NCBI GenBank assembly: GCA_963790475.1
Contig: CAWBOS010000010.1
Span: 192,001-256,000, forward strand
Direction of reading: 5' to 3'
DNA: 64,000 nt
Source: an uncultured delta proteobacterium
GTDB lineage: Bacteria > Desulfobacterota > RBG-13-43-22
Part shown: one piece after another, positions 61,177 through 64,000 of the stretch
How the letters are laid out: the number at the start of each line of letters is the position of its first letter
Position numbering within the stretch: the stretch's first letter is position 1
Program-made: the position numbers and the translations under genes
The notes under the pieces: model-generated
The model's input: only the letters and a program-made list of their open reading frames with translations
The model's database searches: none
What the model was told of the DNA's origin: nothing

Positions 61177-61443
61177 TTAAATTTTCTCCCGCCAAAGTTC
61201 GAAGACCACGACGTTATCCGGGTCAGGGCATGAGATTTGGAGTCGGTCGGGATCCTTGGACCAGGGAAATCGGCCGCCAAATTTAAGGGTGGTGAAAAAA
61301 GGGAAAATACTATTTAAGGCCCACTGGCAGATGGAAGAACCCATTTCCGAAAATTCAAAGATTTCCCCCACCTGATGCCCGTAGGAACAGATGCCTGTCC
61401 CTCTGATCTCCACAATTTTTCCCATGACCTGGTATTCGTCCAT
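61177..61443 (-). CDS. TIGR04076-like small Cys protein
   Basis: GICSYGHQVG, ICQWA, SCPDPDNVVVFE. Confidence 0.75.
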   Translation of the reverse strand: MDEYQVMGKIVEIRGTGICSYGHQVGEIFEFSEMGSSICQWALNSIFPFFTTLKFGGRFPWSKDPDRLQISCPDPDNVVVFELWREKI

Positions 61444-61669
61444 GTCTCACCGTATAGGCGTTTCCTGCCAAAGGCAGGATCCGTCCTTCGAGAAAATTGT
61501 AGGGGAGAAACCGGAATTGGTCAAGTGAATTTATGGGATCGTGAAGGCTTCTTGGACTATGCCTGCGCCGGCTGTAACAGGAAAACTAAACTTTTTCGGC
61601 ATGACCAAACGAGGCGGGATCGGATAATTAAAATGTTTTGCGAGATCAGACGAATTCGTAAAAAAAGTC

Positions 61670-61745
61670 GTCACCCCGGCGAAAGCCGGGGTCCAGGAGG
61701 TTATAACTAATCAATAGACTGGATTCCGGCTTTGGCCGGAATGAC
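61670..61745. repeat. REP-like palindromic element
   Basis: GTCACCCCGGCGAAAGCCGGGGTCCAG...CTGGATTCCGGCTTTGGCCGGAATGAC, same family as 15393. Confidence 0.7.
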
Positions 61746-61829
61746 TTACTGCGTATTTTGGGGGCTTAGAACCTGCTTCCTCTTTCTAGCTCCCATTCCC
61801 GGCATCCGCAGTTTTCGCAACATTCAGCA

Positions 61830-64000
61830 TTATTCGAAAACATTTTCCGAGAGGAGTTCGAAAAACTCCTCATCACTCATTTTCAGAAATTCACGGCAGA
61901 CCAATTCCGTATGCTCGCCCAGGCAGGGAGAGGGCATGTCCATGCGAAGCGGCGTAAGAGAAAGACGAAAAGGAGGACTGTCATAATTTACATTTCCCAT
62001 TTCCTGGTGTCTCATCAGGACCAGATGTCCCCGGTGGGCCAACTGGGGGTCCTCATGGACATCCCGGCCGTTTTTCACCATCCCGGCGGGGACACCGCAT
62101 GACTGCAGGAGATTCATCAGATCTTCGACCGAGTATTGGATGGTCCAGGCGGCGATTCGTTGATCGATTTCATCCTCATTCAATTTCCTTGACTTAAGGG
62201 AGGAGAAATTTTCGTTTTCCGCCCAGGCCGGGTTCCCCATTACGCATTTAAGCGCTTTCCATTCCTTTTCATTGAAAACCGAAATGAGACACCAGCGATC
62301 CTCTCCCCGGCAGGGATAGGCCCCATGGGGGCAGGAGTCGGGGTGACGGTTCCCCATAGCCCTCAAGACCCGTTTGTTGGCTGCGTAGTCCAGAAGGGCC
62401 GGGATCAGCATCTGCTGTGATGATTCGAGCTGCGACAAATCGATACAGAGGCCTTTGCCTGTCCTTCTTTTGTAATCCAGCCCGGCCAGGACCCCGATGG
62501 CAATAAAACCCGCGGCGGGAAAATCGGAGTAGGGCGCGGCAGACCCGACCGGAACACGGTCCGGCCACCCCACCAGATTAGAGAATCCGGCATAGGCCTG
62601 GAGCATGGTGCCCAGACCGGTCTGATTGGCATAGGGCCCGGTTTGTCCCATCATGCTAGCCCGGAGCATGACTATTTCAGGGTTGATCTTCTTGAGATCC
62701 TCATAGGCCAGGCCCCACCGTTCCATGGTCCCGGGGGTAAAGTTTTCCACCACCACATCCGCCCATTGCACCAGTTTTTCCAGCACCACCTTCGCCTTCG
62801 GATGTTTGGTATTAATGGCGAAGCCGTACTTCCCGTCGTTTAGATGGGCAAAGGTTCCGGAACGATTGATACCGGCAATGCCCTCCGGGAAAGGCGGGTA
62901 GTTGCGTAAAAAATCGATTCGCTGCTCCGATTCGACCCTGACCACGGTTGCACCCAGATTGGCCAGGTATTTGGTGGCCTTTGGTCCGGCAATGACCCAG
63001 GAAAAATCCAGAATTTTTATGCCCTCCAGCGCCGGCGACCCAATTTTGTCCGGGATAGAAGACCCGGGTTTTCCCTTAGGCGGTTCAGGCCCTTCCTTTG
63101 AATTAAAGTCCTCCCGATCGAGGACCTCCTGATTATGCTCCCCGATTCCGGGAGGTTTCTTCAGGCTGTAATTCATTCCCTGAATAAGGAACGGCGGACC
63201 GGGATGTTGAATCGCCCTGCCGGGCGAGGGATAGGAGACCTCCTTCCAAAAGGCCCTGGCCTTCAACTGCTCATTTTCATAAAGATCCTTCACCGTGCTT
63301 AAGGGAAAGAGAACAAAGCCGCGTTTGAGGGACTCCTGAAAAAGCTCCTCCTTGGTGTGTTCAAGAAAAAAGGCCTGCACGGGGATCTCAAAGCGATTGA
63401 TGTCTGTCTGAGAGAGTGTGGCCATATCCAATGCTTCCCAGGACACCTGAGACAGATCCGCCGCCCGGCCCGTTTCATTCATCCAGTCGAAGAGGGCCCC
63501 GGTCCATTTGCCCAGATTGGCGACGAAGATCCTCCAGCAGATCACCCCGTCTCGGCACGGCCATAGATTGCGGAAGGTAATGACCCCCCTTCCCATGCGG
63601 GAGCCTTCCCTCTGTTCCAGGAATCGCTGGATGTCCCAGTAGATGCGGGTGCTTCGGGCGGACTGGAAAACACTCTCCTGAATGGAGACGTCAATATGCT
63701 GACCAAGCCCGGTCCTTTCCCGGTAAAGATGGGCGGCCAGGGCGGCCATAGCTCCGTACATCCCTCCGAGGGGATAGGACTGTTCCGCCGTGAAACGCAA
63801 AGGCGCGCGATCCCGGTCTCCGCACAAGGTCATCTGCCCGCCCATGCCCATATTGATCAGATCCGAGTCCTTGAAATGGGCATAGGGACCTGTACTGCCG
63901 AAGGGGGTGATGGAAATCATGATTAAAGACGGATTCAAGGGGTGCAGGATATCAAAAGAAAGTCCCAGCCGCTCAAGAAAGCCCGGAGAAAAGGACTCGA
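61830..64000 (-). CDS. Family III (CaiB/BaiF) CoA transferase, tandem two-domain protein (5' end outside window)
   Basis: Two CoA-transferase repeats; the second begins ALEGIKILDFSWVIAGP and includes VVVENFTPG. Confidence 0.9.
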   Translation of the reverse strand, partial: ESFSPGFLERLGLSFDILHPLNPSLIMISITPFGSTGPYAHFKDSDLINMGMGGQMTLCGDRDRAPLRFTAEQSYPLGGMYGAMAALAAHLYRERTGLGQHIDVSIQESVFQSARSTRIYWDIQRFLEQREGSRMGRGVITFRNLWPCRDGVICWRIFVANLGKWTGALFDWMNETGRAADLSQVSWEALDMATLSQTDINRFEIPVQAFFLEHTKEELFQESLKRGFVLFPLSTVKDLYENEQLKARAFWKEVSYPSPGRAIQHPGPPFLIQGMNYSLKKPPGIGEHNQEVLDREDFNSKEGPEPPKGKPGSSIPDKIGSPALEGIKILDFSWVIAGPKATKYLANLGATVVRVESEQRIDFLRNYPPFPEGIAGINRSGTFAHLNDGKYGFAINTKHPKAKVVLEKLVQWADVVVENFTPGTMERWGLAYEDLKKINPEIVMLRASMMGQTGPYANQTGLGTMLQAYAGFSNLVGWPDRVPVGSAAPYSDFPAAGFIAIGVLAGLDYKRRTGKGLCIDLSQLESSQQMLIPALLDYAANKRVLRAMGNRHPDSCPHGAYPCRGEDRWCLISVFNEKEWKALKCVMGNPAWAENENFSSLKSRKLNEDEIDQRIAAWTIQYSVEDLMNLLQSCGVPAGMVKNGRDVHEDPQLAHRGHLVLMRHQEMGNVNYDSPPFRLSLTPLRMDMPSPCLGEHTELVCREFLKMSDEEFFELLSENVFE

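Noticed and set aside
61830-64000. Two-domain CoA transferase as a novel fusion
   Set aside because: Tandem CaiB/BaiF architectures are already known, and the gene is incomplete in this window

Overview
Bacterial chromosomal window. Gene content (CoA transferases, enoyl-CoA hydratases, B12 radical SAM, PAS/HD-GYP proteins) suggests a Desulfobacterota/deltaproteobacterial anaerobe, which is an inference. No rRNA, tRNA or CRISPR array was seen. Positions 1-17.5 kb form an accessory mosaic: toxin-antitoxin modules, two ~93% identical B12-radical-SAM genes, a trypsin-like protease, a PHP-phosphoesterase/SMC-ATPase (Ppl/TrlF-like) defence candidate, small cassette-like genes and many gene stumps. 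The main unexplained structure is a module present three times (~1.2-2.6, 5.8-6.06 and 7.7-8.45 kb). It consists of a promoter/dif-like site, an RBS, a mini-ORF that looks like the fused N- and C-termini of a tyrosine recombinase, and a conserved AATAACTTGT(T/A)AG site, after which different cargo genes follow. Degenerate attC-like hairpins border several downstream genes. Together this suggests repeated, integrase-deleted ('miniature') integron platforms. Further along are an IS481-like element, a PAS signalling cluster between 278-bp direct repeats, asnA (plus a deleted copy), an RND efflux operon, AbiE and RES-Xre TA systems, a purine/MTA salvage cluster with a NUDIX-PNP fusion, and several nested palindromic MITE-like elements. 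All family assignments were made by eye from motifs; no database searches were run.
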